A stretch of 64,000 bases of DNA from positions 372,001 through 436,000 of the forward strand of contig NIVC01000486.1 of assembly GCA_002269645.1 (NCBI GenBank). The letters are read 5' to 3'. Positions 11,669 to 21,408 of the stretch are shown here, one piece after another (position 1 is the stretch's first letter; each line of letters begins with the position of its first letter). The DNA comes from Macrostomum lignano. Its lineage: Eukaryota. The notes under the pieces are model-generated. The model made no database searches, had not been told where the DNA came from, and was given only the letters and a program-made list of their open reading frames with translations. A program made the translations under genes and the position numbers.

Positions 11669-12297
11669 TATTTAGGACGCGTGTGTCTTTTTTCAGTATG
11701 TGTATGTGTGTGTCTCTTTGCGGGATGTGTGTGTCTTTCGGGTTGTGTGTGTGTCTTTTTCGACTAGTCCTACATCCGACTAGTCCTACACCCTCACACC
11801 TCTTCTACCGTCAGGGTGCACCAAATTAGTCAAATTTAAAACCGCCTCTTTTCTTATATTCAGCTCTCATCTTCGCGTAGATGGCTGGATCGACACTATC
11901 TGCACTCGGTGCAATGGGTTTAATATCTGGTATTGATTTCTGGGTTTCATGAACCGTATCTTTAATCTTCTTGGCTGCTGTGACTACACTGCCAGCCGCT
12001 TCGGCAACGTTCTTGATGTTCTCTTTGTTCTCTCCAATGACCTTGTTGTATCGTGACTTGACTTGAAGTGCGCAGTGTGGGGCTGCACCCCAATTGTTAT
12101 TGGCGCTGAGTTTAGGACTGCTTGCTCTCTCCCCGCCTGCTCTGTCTGTCAATGTACGCTTATGCCTAACCGTCTAATCTATTAGCTGATGCTTTACTCG
12201 TATCTGCATGTACATCTATGTGCAATGCCAACTACAATAAATAACAACCTCTCGCCCATTTGCGGCTCAAGTTTGGCTAGCCAGCCACGACACGACA

Positions 12298-14007
12298 ATG
12301 GCGTCGCAAGCAGCCAGTGAATTACCTCTCAATGATCCAGCCATGGCTGAGGCCTGGCTGCAAAGTTTTGAAGCACTGTGCAGGCACAAAAAACTGCAAG
12401 ATACAAACGAAGAGAAGCAGGTGACAGACCTCTTCCTTGCTCGAGCAGGAATCAATGCAGTCCGATCCGTCTCTATCATGGCAAAGCCGAAAAACATTGA
12501 GGATATGACCTTCAAGGACATCAAGAAAATGATCATTGGGCGACTCCAGCCCAAAAAGAAACTGGTGATTGCAGAGCGCACAAGGTTCATGTCCCAGCGG
12601 CAGCTGTCAACAGAGTCGGCCCAGCAGTTCGCGGAGCGCTTGAGAGACGCGGCAAAGCACTGTGAGTTTGACAAGCTCAACGAAAAAGACTGCAAACAGT
12701 CAGCCGAGGATGACTTGATCCAAACACTGCTGATCAGCGGCTTGTGCGACCACAGCCAGCGGACTAAAACCCTTGAGCACATTCAGAGCTCTGAGAATCC
12801 AGTGACTCTGGACACGTGTCTGCAGTACATCCAGCAGTTAGAGCTCAACCAGAGCTACAGCTCAAGCGACCGATCTGCTGAAGCCCGAGAGCCTAGCAGA
12901 AGCTCCGAGACGGCTGAGAGTTCGACACCAGTTGCCAGCATCGACAGGAACCGCAATAGCGGTGCTCAGTGCAGGTCGTGTGGTCTGCAGCACCAGCCAG
13001 GCAAATGCCCTGCATTCGGGAAGACCTGTAACAAGTGCCACCGCAGGAACCACTTTGCTGCAGTCTGCAGGAGCAGCGCCAAGTCCAAGTCGGTTGCACC
13101 TGCCCATGAAATCGACACGAGTGAGTGTGAGCAGGCAGGCATCTACACCATCGTCGGCAACGAGAGCGGAAGCGGCAGCATAAAAACTGTGCTCATTGAA
13201 GGCAAGCCGTTCAAAATGCAGCTCGACTCTGGATCCGGTGCGAGCATCATTCCGATAAACTTCTGGAGGAGCCTCGGTGAGCCCAAGCTACGAAAGTCCA
13301 AGCTGAGACTGCGACAATTTGACGGAACGGTCATCAGAACTAGAGGATGCTTCACGGCGCTCATCGAAGTCGGGAGACAAATCGCCTGTGCGGATGTGAC
13401 GGTCACCGAATGCACAAAGGAGCACGGCCTCATCGGAACAGACGTGCTGGACTTCAAGCTGGACACAGCGACTGTCAATCAAGTGGAGCGCAGCAGCAAA
13501 CCGCTAGGCAAGCTCAAAGGTTTCCGTGCTCGGGTCCTGCTCAGGGAGAACGCTCAGCCCAGCTTCTTCGATGCCCGGCCGCTCCCGATTCATCTCAAGC
13601 CGCTGGTGGTGGCTAAGCTGCGGACGATGATCGACGCCGGGATCCTCGAGCCCGTGCCGCCAGGCGGCAGCAGTTGGGCATCGCCCATTGTGGTGGTGCG
13701 CAAGGCCGACGGAGACCTGAGAATCTGCTCCGACTACAAGGTCGGGGTGAACCCGAAGATCTGCTCTGACGCCTACCCACTGCCCAACATCGAGCAAGCC
13801 TTCAGTGCCCTGGCAGGTATGAAGCACTTCGCAATTGTAGACTTAACAAATGCCTACAACCAGATTGAGCTAGACGAGGCCTCCAGAGAAATACTCACCA
13901 TCAACACGCCCCTAGGCCTGCTCAGATGGACGCGCATGCCATACGGGGTGAAGACGGCCAGGCTGCCATGGAGGCAACGGTCGGCGGTGCGGTCAGCAAC
14001 CTGGTGA
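12298..14007 (+). CDS. Gypsy gag-protease-RT(N) polyprotein
   Basis: Paired Zn knuckles CRSCGLQH..CPAFGKTCNKCHRRNHFAAVC, protease LDSGSG, RT motifs WASPIVVV, RICSDYK and TRMPYGVKTA. The frame is broken near 13960 by a short deletion. Confidence 0.92.
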   Translation: MASQAASELPLNDPAMAEAWLQSFEALCRHKKLQDTNEEKQVTDLFLARAGINAVRSVSIMAKPKNIEDMTFKDIKKMIIGRLQPKKKLVIAERTRFMSQRQLSTESAQQFAERLRDAAKHCEFDKLNEKDCKQSAEDDLIQTLLISGLCDHSQRTKTLEHIQSSENPVTLDTCLQYIQQLELNQSYSSSDRSAEAREPSRSSETAESSTPVASIDRNRNSGAQCRSCGLQHQPGKCPAFGKTCNKCHRRNHFAAVCRSSAKSKSVAPAHEIDTSECEQAGIYTIVGNESGSGSIKTVLIEGKPFKMQLDSGSGASIIPINFWRSLGEPKLRKSKLRLRQFDGTVIRTRGCFTALIEVGRQIACADVTVTECTKEHGLIGTDVLDFKLDTATVNQVERSSKPLGKLKGFRARVLLRENAQPSFFDARPLPIHLKPLVVAKLRTMIDAGILEPVPPGGSSWASPIVVVRKADGDLRICSDYKVGVNPKICSDAYPLPNIEQAFSALAGMKHFAIVDLTNAYNQIELDEASREILTINTPLGLLRWTRMPYGVKTARLPWRQRSAVRSATW

Positions 14008-16157
14008 TCTACCAAGACGACATGTGCGTTGGCGCCACCACAGCGGACGAATTGGACAGCAAAGTCCGGGACCTGCTGAGAGCGCTTTCTGATGCCGGCA
14101 TGTCAATCAACGAAAAAAAGTGCGTTTTCCGCAGCACGGAAATCAGTTTCCTTGGCTACCGCATCGCGGCTGACGGCGTGCGCCCTGATCGGAAGCTGGT
14201 GGAGAAAATCCTCGGCGTGAGCACCCCGGCGAGCAAAAAGGAACTCGAATCGTTTCTAGGAATGACGGTGTACTACTCGCGCTACATCAAGTCCTACTCG
14301 GAGAAGACCGAGCCGCTGACCGAGCTGCGGAGCAAGAAAGTCGCGTTCCATTGGGGACCTCGGCAGCAGAAAGCGTTTGACGAGCTCAAGCAGGCGCTTG
14401 CAGCTTCCCCAGTGGTCCGAATCTTCGATGCAAGAAAGCGCACAACTCTGACTACTGACGCCAGCGAAAAGGCCATAGCAGCAATCCTCTCTCAGGACGA
14501 GCACCCAGTGATGTACCTGTCAAGACGGCTGACACCGGCTGAGAGAAATTACTCGAATATCGAGCGAGAGGCCCTGGCTGTGGTGTGGGCCACTCAGAGA
14601 GCCAGACACTTTCTTCTCGGCAGCAAGTTTGTGCTCCAGTGCGATCATCAACCATTGGAGTTCATTTTTAGTCCGTCTCGGGAGCTTCCAAAAGTCACAT
14701 CGGCTAGGATCATGCGCTGGGCGTTGCAGCTGTCGGCCTTCGACTACGAAATCTCGTACATCAAGGGCAGCTGCATCCCGCATGTCGACGCGCTGTCTCG
14801 AATTGAATTCAAGGAGGAAGGCGATGGAGACGATTGCCAGGAAAGCTTCGTTCACTGGACAGAGACGGAGGTGCTCAAGCTGGAGCAGATCAGAGACGCC
14901 ACTGACAATGACCCGGTGCTCGCCAGCGTCAAGTGCAGGATCCGCAGCAATGCGTGGAACAACTGCTCGGCAGCGGAGCGACCGTATAAAGCCGTCCGCC
15001 AGCAGCTCTCAGTGGAGAATGGCGTCGTCTGCCTGAGAGACCTGGTGGTCCCGCCTAGCCGGCTGCGGCAAGACGTGCTGCGAGCGGCTCACGGCGACTC
15101 GCACTGCGGTGCCCTAGCGACAAGAAATCGACTCAAGCTGGAAGCCTGGTGGCCGGGTCACTGCGAGGACGTCGAAAACTTCGTCAAGCAATGCCAGCGA
15201 TGCGCGGAGATCCGTCCAATGCCTGCCAGAACGTGCCACACCTGGCCGGCTGAAGATGGTCCCTGGAGACGCGTGCACATGGACCATGCTCACGTTCCCG
15301 GCTTCGGCCTGCTGCTCATTGTGGTGGACGCCTTCTCCGGCTGGCCGGAAGCGGTGCCTGTTGCCGACAAGAGCGCGACGACGGTCATCAAGGTACTCCG
15401 CCTGATTTTCTCCCGCCTGGGTGTGCCGCATACCTTGGTGGCGGACAATGCTCCGGAGTTCCGTGACCAGCAGCTGCACGAGTGGCTCAAGAAGATCGGC
15501 TGCTCGCCGATGCACTCGCCGCCGTATCATCCGCAGTCAAACGGGTGCGCCGAGCGCATGGTCCAGACCGTCAAGAAGGGGCTGCGGGCCTTCGCCGTGC
15601 ACCAGGGCCGGTTCGACGCGTACCTCGCCAAGCTGCTGCTTAACTACCGGGCCACTCCGCGGGGCGACGGGCGTGGCAGTCCATCTGCGCTTATGGGGCG
15701 ACAGCTGCGAAGTCCGCTGACCCTCCAATTCGACACCGATGCGCCGCTCGTCTACCAGTCGCGACCGGGGGGGGGGCTGGCTGAGACCGTCCGCTTTGTG
15801 GTACAGGCCGGCCACAACACGGCCGTGGTCACCCGGGACAAGGATGACAGGCCTGTGCTGGCACACCGGGATCAGCTGCGCTTGCGTCCGAGTCCAAGCC
15901 GGGCGGAAGTTACGGACAACACTGACGACAGCGGCCGGGACCCTGACGATGCCGGCCGGAGCCCTGACGACGGCGACCGGAACCCTGACGAAGGCGGCCG
16001 GAACCCTGACGAAGGCGGCCGGAACCCGGAACCTGATAGCCAGCGGCCAGACGCAGCGGCACCACCGCAGCAGGCCGCTGAAGCTACACCGGAGCCCCGA
16101 CGAAGCTGCAGGTCGACCAAAGGGGTCGCCCCAGACCGACTGTCTCCTCGTTGGTGA
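13926..16157 (+). CDS. Gypsy RT(C)-RNase H-integrase
   Basis: YQDD, TDAS, NYSNIEREALAV, DHQPL, H..H/C..C Zn finger, and DDE core (HMD, ADNAPEF, NGCAERMVQT). Confidence 0.92.
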   Translation: MDAHAIRGEDGQAAMEATVGGAVSNLVIYQDDMCVGATTADELDSKVRDLLRALSDAGMSINEKKCVFRSTEISFLGYRIAADGVRPDRKLVEKILGVSTPASKKELESFLGMTVYYSRYIKSYSEKTEPLTELRSKKVAFHWGPRQQKAFDELKQALAASPVVRIFDARKRTTLTTDASEKAIAAILSQDEHPVMYLSRRLTPAERNYSNIEREALAVVWATQRARHFLLGSKFVLQCDHQPLEFIFSPSRELPKVTSARIMRWALQLSAFDYEISYIKGSCIPHVDALSRIEFKEEGDGDDCQESFVHWTETEVLKLEQIRDATDNDPVLASVKCRIRSNAWNNCSAAERPYKAVRQQLSVENGVVCLRDLVVPPSRLRQDVLRAAHGDSHCGALATRNRLKLEAWWPGHCEDVENFVKQCQRCAEIRPMPARTCHTWPAEDGPWRRVHMDHAHVPGFGLLLIVVDAFSGWPEAVPVADKSATTVIKVLRLIFSRLGVPHTLVADNAPEFRDQQLHEWLKKIGCSPMHSPPYHPQSNGCAERMVQTVKKGLRAFAVHQGRFDAYLAKLLLNYRATPRGDGRGSPSALMGRQLRSPLTLQFDTDAPLVYQSRPGGGLAETVRFVVQAGHNTAVVTRDKDDRPVLAHRDQLRLRPSPSRAEVTDNTDDSGRDPDDAGRSPDDGDRNPDEGGRNPDEGGRNPEPDSQRPDAAAPPQQAAEATPEPRRSCRSTKGVAPDRLSPRW

Positions 16158-16603
16158 TGAGGGGATGTTGTATCGTGACTTGACTTGAAGTGCGCAGTGT
16201 GGGGCTGCACCCCAATTGTTATTGGCGCTGAGTTTAGGACTGCTTGCTCTCTCCCCGCCTGCTCTGTCTGTCAATGTACGCTTATGCCTAACCGTCTAAT
16301 CTATTAGCTGATGCTTTACTCGTATCTGCATGTACATCTATGTGCAATGCCAACTACAATAAATAACAACCTCTCGCCCATTTGCGGCTCAAGTTTGGCT
16401 AGCCAGCCACGACACGACAGACCTTAAAAATCTTGGCCCCCTGAGCGATCAAATCGGCAAGACCGTTCCCTGAGCGCTCTTTCCTTGGATAGTGGCCTGC
16501 AGGGAAAAGTCCAGATCCGCGTTTAATAAGATTAAGTTCCTCTTTGTCATAGTATTTGTCCACGTCTTTCTCAAAAATAATCGGCATTTTTTTTAATAGA
16601 AAT

Positions 16604-17814
16604 TTATTTTTTGTTAAACCGTGAAAGCAAAAGCTCTCTCGCCCTCTTATCGATGTATTTTCTCTCAAGCATTTTGTCTAGGATGTGAACAAACTCTTTT
16701 CTATTCTCATCTTTCATTCCAGTCTTTGCCGCTCCTAGAAGAACAGCTAACCGCATGTAGAATTCAGGCATGCCTTTTCCAGTTGAAGGTGGTTGGTCTT
16801 GGGGTTGTGGAGTTGGTTGGGCTTGAAGCTGCTGGGGAGGTGATGCAAAAGACTGCTCACTTTCAGAGATGGAACTGTCATGTGGCGCTTGTCTTTGTTG
16901 AGGTGTGAAAACTCTTTGATTGATTTTATTCATTCGATCTGGAGAGTGTTGTTCTAAGTGTTGCCAGTCTGTTGGGTTTTGTTTCTTATATTCAGCTACT
17001 TTCAAAGGGTGTAAGTCTAACTGCTCGAGTTGCCTGAGTACTTGTTCTTCTGTGGAATGTTGCTGCTGTTGTGGCGGTTGCTGTTGTTGTTCTAGATATT
17101 TTATGACTTCCGCCTGATCTGGCAAATCGAACCATTGTTTAAAGTGTTTGTACTTTTTGAATCTAGTTAAGGTTGACACCGTTATCATACATAAGTCTCA
17201 GGACTTCTGGGGCCTTTAGTATTTCTATATCTCTAGCAAGAGCAAAAGTCACTAGATCTCTATAGTTCTTTAGCTGTTTGTCCGAGATTCTCTCTTGGTT
17301 CTTGGTCATAAAATTCAGTAAGGTTTCTGTGAAAGGAATGCTCTTAGTTTCTGAGCCTTTGACAACAGCAATATGTTTCTTATTTATGTCGATATAATAT
17401 TCCACCGGTTCATTATAAATATTTTTCTCCACATACTTATTCCAAATACATTTTCCCATCATGTTCTACACGCTTTACTGGTCCAAAAATGTTATCTGTC
17501 ACTTTTAGTTGCTGTTGTTGTGGTTGTAATTGCTGTAATTGCAGTTGTTGATGTGATTGCGGCTGTATCTGCGGTGCTTCTGGAATTTTGCCCAAAGCCT
17601 TTTGCACCTGGGTTTCCTGTATGTCGTCGATAGTTTCTTTAACCTGATCAATATTTTTCTTAGCTTCTCCATACCCAGGTTTGTGAAACTCTGTGGCTGC
17701 TTGGACAAACTCATTGTAGAATTGTTGCTCCTTATTTATTAGCCCGGTAACTCGTTTCTCTGCTTGTGCTAGCTTCTCCAATTCAGATATCTGCTGTGTA
17801 CTTTTTCGCTTCAT
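16604..17814 (-). pseudogene. Conserved Polinton-type protein broken into three frames (17437-17814, 17163-17462, 16604-17188)
   Basis: Overlapping consecutive ORFs. The C-terminal motif GKG..MRLAVLLGAAKTG..NRKEFVHILDKML resembles the RL.LL.G...AGN..E...I..L signature of Polinton ORFs. Confidence 0.6.
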
Positions 17815-17845
17815 TTCTTATTTTATTTTATTTTTAGTTAAAAAA

Positions 17846-19449
17846 ATGAGCAACCCGCTGACACCAGTTTTCTACAAAATTAACAAGCCTATTTTGAGTG
17901 ATGATAGCACAATCAAAGCGACTCAGGTAAGAATTCCCAGTCAGGAAAATCAGAATGAAACTAATCTTGGTCCTGGTCAAACATTGACATTTAACATACA
18001 ATGGATGTTCGTCTTTGGTTAGTGTGCACAGTCTTAAGAGCGGCTTCCATATGACATTTCAATTCAAGACAAAGGGTGGTGCGGATGCGGCTCGTGCTAA
18101 CGTTGACAAGCATGATGCGGATGTGGCTCTGATCAGTAACTTTTGGGCGTACATGTTCAAGGAGTTTAGTGTATCAAATGGGAGCACAGAGTTGGAGCGA
18201 ATCGCCAACTTTGGAATTGTCTATGACGCTCATTGTTTGATCGAGAATCCTGATTTTATTCAGTTGGGAAGTGGTGCGGGTTTTATTGCAGATGAAAAAG
18301 AAGGAGACATCAATGACAGTGGCTATAAAAAGAGGAAGAAGAGATACAACTATGCATTGCAAGGTGTTGATGATGCTGCTAAGAACCCGCTGTATCGGTC
18401 TGTTGATGTATTTGTACCACTGAGATTCATGAGTGGATTCTGTAATACATTTAATCGATTGACTAGTAACTTTAGCTACACCTTTAGGATGACTAGAGAT
18501 GATCGCAGTAGAGTGTTGTGGACTGGGGCGGACCACACAAGGATGGAGGTGAAGCTAACCGGAATCGAGCTGTATTTGGAAGTCATTGAGCCAAAGACTG
18601 CACTAAAAGCTGATTATCTCAAGGCAATAGAGAAGGACATTGATGTTGCATACACGGCCTACATGTGTCGAGATGAGCGAAACGAAACTAGAACAAACAT
18701 CTGCATTAAACATCTGCATTAAAGAGGGATCATGCAGCAATCCAAGGTATATTATTATTAACATGAGAAACCCAAATAGCATTATACGCTACATGCATGG
18801 AGACGTGCGGTCCATTCAGCATGAAATCAGTGATAATCTTTTACCCTGTGTGGTGTCTCAACAGACTAACACAGGAAACACGAGTACGTGGCAGGTAAGA
18901 CTTGCCGGAAAAAAGGTACGAGCTCCACTTAGGGCAACCCGCGCTTATATTTGATATTTAGGAGTAAATTGTTACACGATCGATAAATTCAACCGCCAAA
19001 ATGTCACGTGGTTAAAAATACGTTTCACAATACAATATACGAATAATTTATTAACTGCACTACTTGAAGTAGAGTAGTAAGAAAAAGTAAGAAAAGGTTA
19101 GTTAGACGAACGGCCCTTTTACGGGCTCCTAGTCACGACACAACACCCTGCACTGCCACAAAATGGAGATTTCAGTCAGAACAAGATTAGCAAATTTTAC
19201 AGCGAGTTGGTCGACTTGGCTGTGAAAGAGAACAATGGAATTGCTATCACTGCTCTTCAATATGGAACTCTATATCCGATGTTTGGCGCTGATGTGTCTG
19301 CCAGACAAATGCCTACTGATAATAGCCCTGTGAATATCGTGACTAACATTGAGAGGACTACCGCAACACCCGTGGACCTGTACATTATCTATGCATTTGA
19401 GAGGAAGGTGAAGCTTAACATGATCAACAATTCATCCAGTAAAGTTTAA
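17846..19449 (+). pseudogene. Double-jelly-roll major capsid protein
   Basis: Joined frames: ..DVALISNFWAYMFKEF..ELERIANFG..VFVPLRFMSGFC..FRMTRDD..NPRYIII..DNLYPALP..LYPMFGADVSARQ..LYIIYAFER. Disrupted by a frameshift near 18000, a 13-bp duplication at 18697-18722 and a solo LTR. Confidence 0.88.
18849..19145. mobile_element. Solo LTR (297 bp) inserted in the capsid gene
   Basis: Termini TGTGGTGTC...GACACAACA (inverted, one mismatch) with 5-bp TSD CCCTG at 18844-18848 and 19146-19150. Confidence 0.8.
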
Positions 19450-19468
19450 ATATTTTTTAGGACAAAAA

Positions 19469-20381
19469 ATGGAAGCTATAGCCGAAAGACTAAACAACAT
19501 TGTTTCACACTCTAAGGAGAGCATTCCTATTACAATAACCGGGCGAATTAATGACTCAAACGGGATGTTTGTTGAAAAATTAGAGCAGGCGATTCGCCTG
19601 GATCCAGGCGCTAATTACCATGTCTATCTTAACGACTTCACTGGTTGGTCAAACGTTCCCAATGTGACGGCAGCAAATAATAAGTTTCATTACAAATGGA
19701 AAGGTGCAGCAGCAGACCCTGTGGTATTCCCTGTGAGCACGCAGTGTGGATACCTACAATTACTTTCTAGAAAACGTCTTTACTAAAAGAGGCCATTTTG
19801 AGACACCTGATGCGAGTAAGCCAGAGAAGAAACTGTTCCCTGTCAAACTAACCTATGATCTCACTGTAATGAGAGTGGTCATGCAAGTTCACAAAGATGC
19901 GGAGGTTGAGTTTAAAGATGACACTTGGTATAGGGAACTGGAATTCGAGAAGAAAGTTTATAAGGCAGAATCCACGGCGCGGACCCAACCCCATCTCCCA
20001 CCTCAGATCCGTATCCCACCTGAGCTTCATTTCCCACCCGCCACTCAAGCAACGGGGGCCGTTAGAATGGCCCGGGAAAGTGTAAGCGGTTTGTTCTTAG
20101 CACCCAATATTGCAGACATTGTAAAGGGTTTGAATATTATAATCAGAACTAATCTCAGTCTTGATTGGGTATTTAAGGGAAAGCGAACGAATATTTTGTA
20201 CAACATCTCCAACTCGGTTGCTGGAGGACAGACGGTGGTAGAGAAACCAAATCCAGTGAAAAGAGTTGTATTGAGTAATAAGGAGATTCACGAGATTGTG
20301 CTACAGTTTGAGACTGAAGATGGGGTGGGTGTTGATTTCAATGAAGAGTTTGTATTGACGTTGATCATTGAGAGAATGTGA
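19469..20381 (+). pseudogene. Minor capsid (penton) protein, one frameshift near 19745
   Basis: IRLDPGANYHVYLNDFTGWSNVPNVTAANNKFHY, APNIADIVKG..IIRTNL, ILYNISNSVAGGQTVVEKPNP, EDGVGVDFN.EFVLTLIIER follow the Polinton penton pattern. Confidence 0.85.
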
Positions 20382-20419
20382 GAAAATGCGTTCCCTTTTA
20401 AGTATGCTTACCGAGAATA

Positions 20420-20690
20420 GAGTATAGAGTGGTATGAAAAAATGCGCTCATGTGTACCCCAGTCTGAGAGGTTGTGGGCGCGGGCGTCGCGTGTGTGGGG
20501 GAGAGGGGAGTGTATGTGTGTGGGCGCAGCGTGCGTGGGGGAGAGAGATTTTCACTTTAACTGAGCCCAGCCGAGGAAGAATTCCGTCTCGAGGGAAGGC
20601 CAGAATGCAAACGATTTCGGCCTCGGGCGAGGCCAAAATGAAAACGATTTTGGCCTTTCAGTTTTTTGGCTGCATACTATTAATTATAAG
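20420..20690. other. Candidate Polinton right terminal repeat region
   Basis: GC-rich non-coding tract after the penton, with hairpin GGCCTCGGGCGAGGCC and a repeated AATG.AAACGATTT.GGCC. No partner TIR is in the window. Confidence 0.35.
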
Positions 20691-21408
20691 TCCTGTAACT
20701 TAAGTGAGAATACCGCTACTTTTCGCCCTTAGATTATGTTGATTTTTTTGCTGTCCTAGGGAGGGGTGGGGGTGGTAGACTGATGTTATCCCCCTTAGAT
20801 GAGTGGTTGTAAGTATTGCATTGGGATAGCTAATTTTAAATGTAAGAGCATTATGTATAGATAGATTTTACTAGATGTTGATCTATGGGGGATTTAATCT
20901 CTAATGTCCCAGAACTTCCCTCATGACAACTACTGAGTTTCGACTTGAGATTTTTAGCGCAATTGCCTAATGATTTCTGCAAAGTATAGTAGCTGTCGTA
21001 ATCTTTTACGTAGGTTACTCCATACTTATGAAACTAGTGTCTTTGGAGAGCTAGATTAATATTAGGGACATTGATATCAACGCCGGGCCAATATTTTCTC
21101 ATGTACTCGCTGCATTCAAGTTTGCATTGGTACTTGGATTTGTACAATGGATTAGGCTGAGTATAATAAGAACCTGGAGAGACAGCTGGAAACATTTTTA
21201 GAGAAAATTTAGATTTTTTTCAAAGGGTAAGGACCCTGCGCTGATAATTTAAAGTCTTAGGGATCTGGTTTCGCCGCTTCGGATTGAATATGGGGAGAAG
21301 AATGCAGATTCTCTTCTGATTGTTTCGAAGATGTTATGGGTGGATGCCAGTGGATTATTTCAGTGTCAGTGAGCATAACAGGTGTTAGCACAGATACTCG
21401 TACTAAAA

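Larger units (their letters stand above)
12044..16419 (+). mobile_element. Ty3/Gypsy (Mag-like) LTR retrotransposon, full length
   Basis: 254-bp LTRs at 12044-12297 and 16166-16419 (TGTTGT..ACGACA, apparently identical), 5-bp TSD GACCT, PBS TGGCGTCGCAAGCAG, PPT GATGAGGGGA. Confidence 0.97.
11826..16587 (-). pseudogene. 126-aa amphipathic virion-type protein split by the Gypsy insertion (16420-16587 + 11826-12038)
   Basis: Removing the Gypsy and one GACCT restores one frame: ..SGNGLADLIAQGAKIFKV|IGENKENIKNVAEAAGSVVTAAKKI..KKRGGFKFD*. Confidence 0.8.
7651..20690. mobile_element. Decayed endogenous Polinton/Maverick (adintovirus-like) element, left-truncated
   Basis: Cluster of AT-rich intronless ORFs: pPolB C-tail, adenain protease, A32 ATPase, double-jelly-roll major capsid and penton. 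The right boundary is approximate. Confidence 0.9.

Noticed and set aside
13926-14007. Programmed ribosomal frameshift in Gypsy-1 (and at 53430 and 54085 in Gypsy-2)
   Set aside because: The breaks fall inside RT with conserved residues missing (e.g. SAIFQ) and no slippery site, so they are better explained as deletions.
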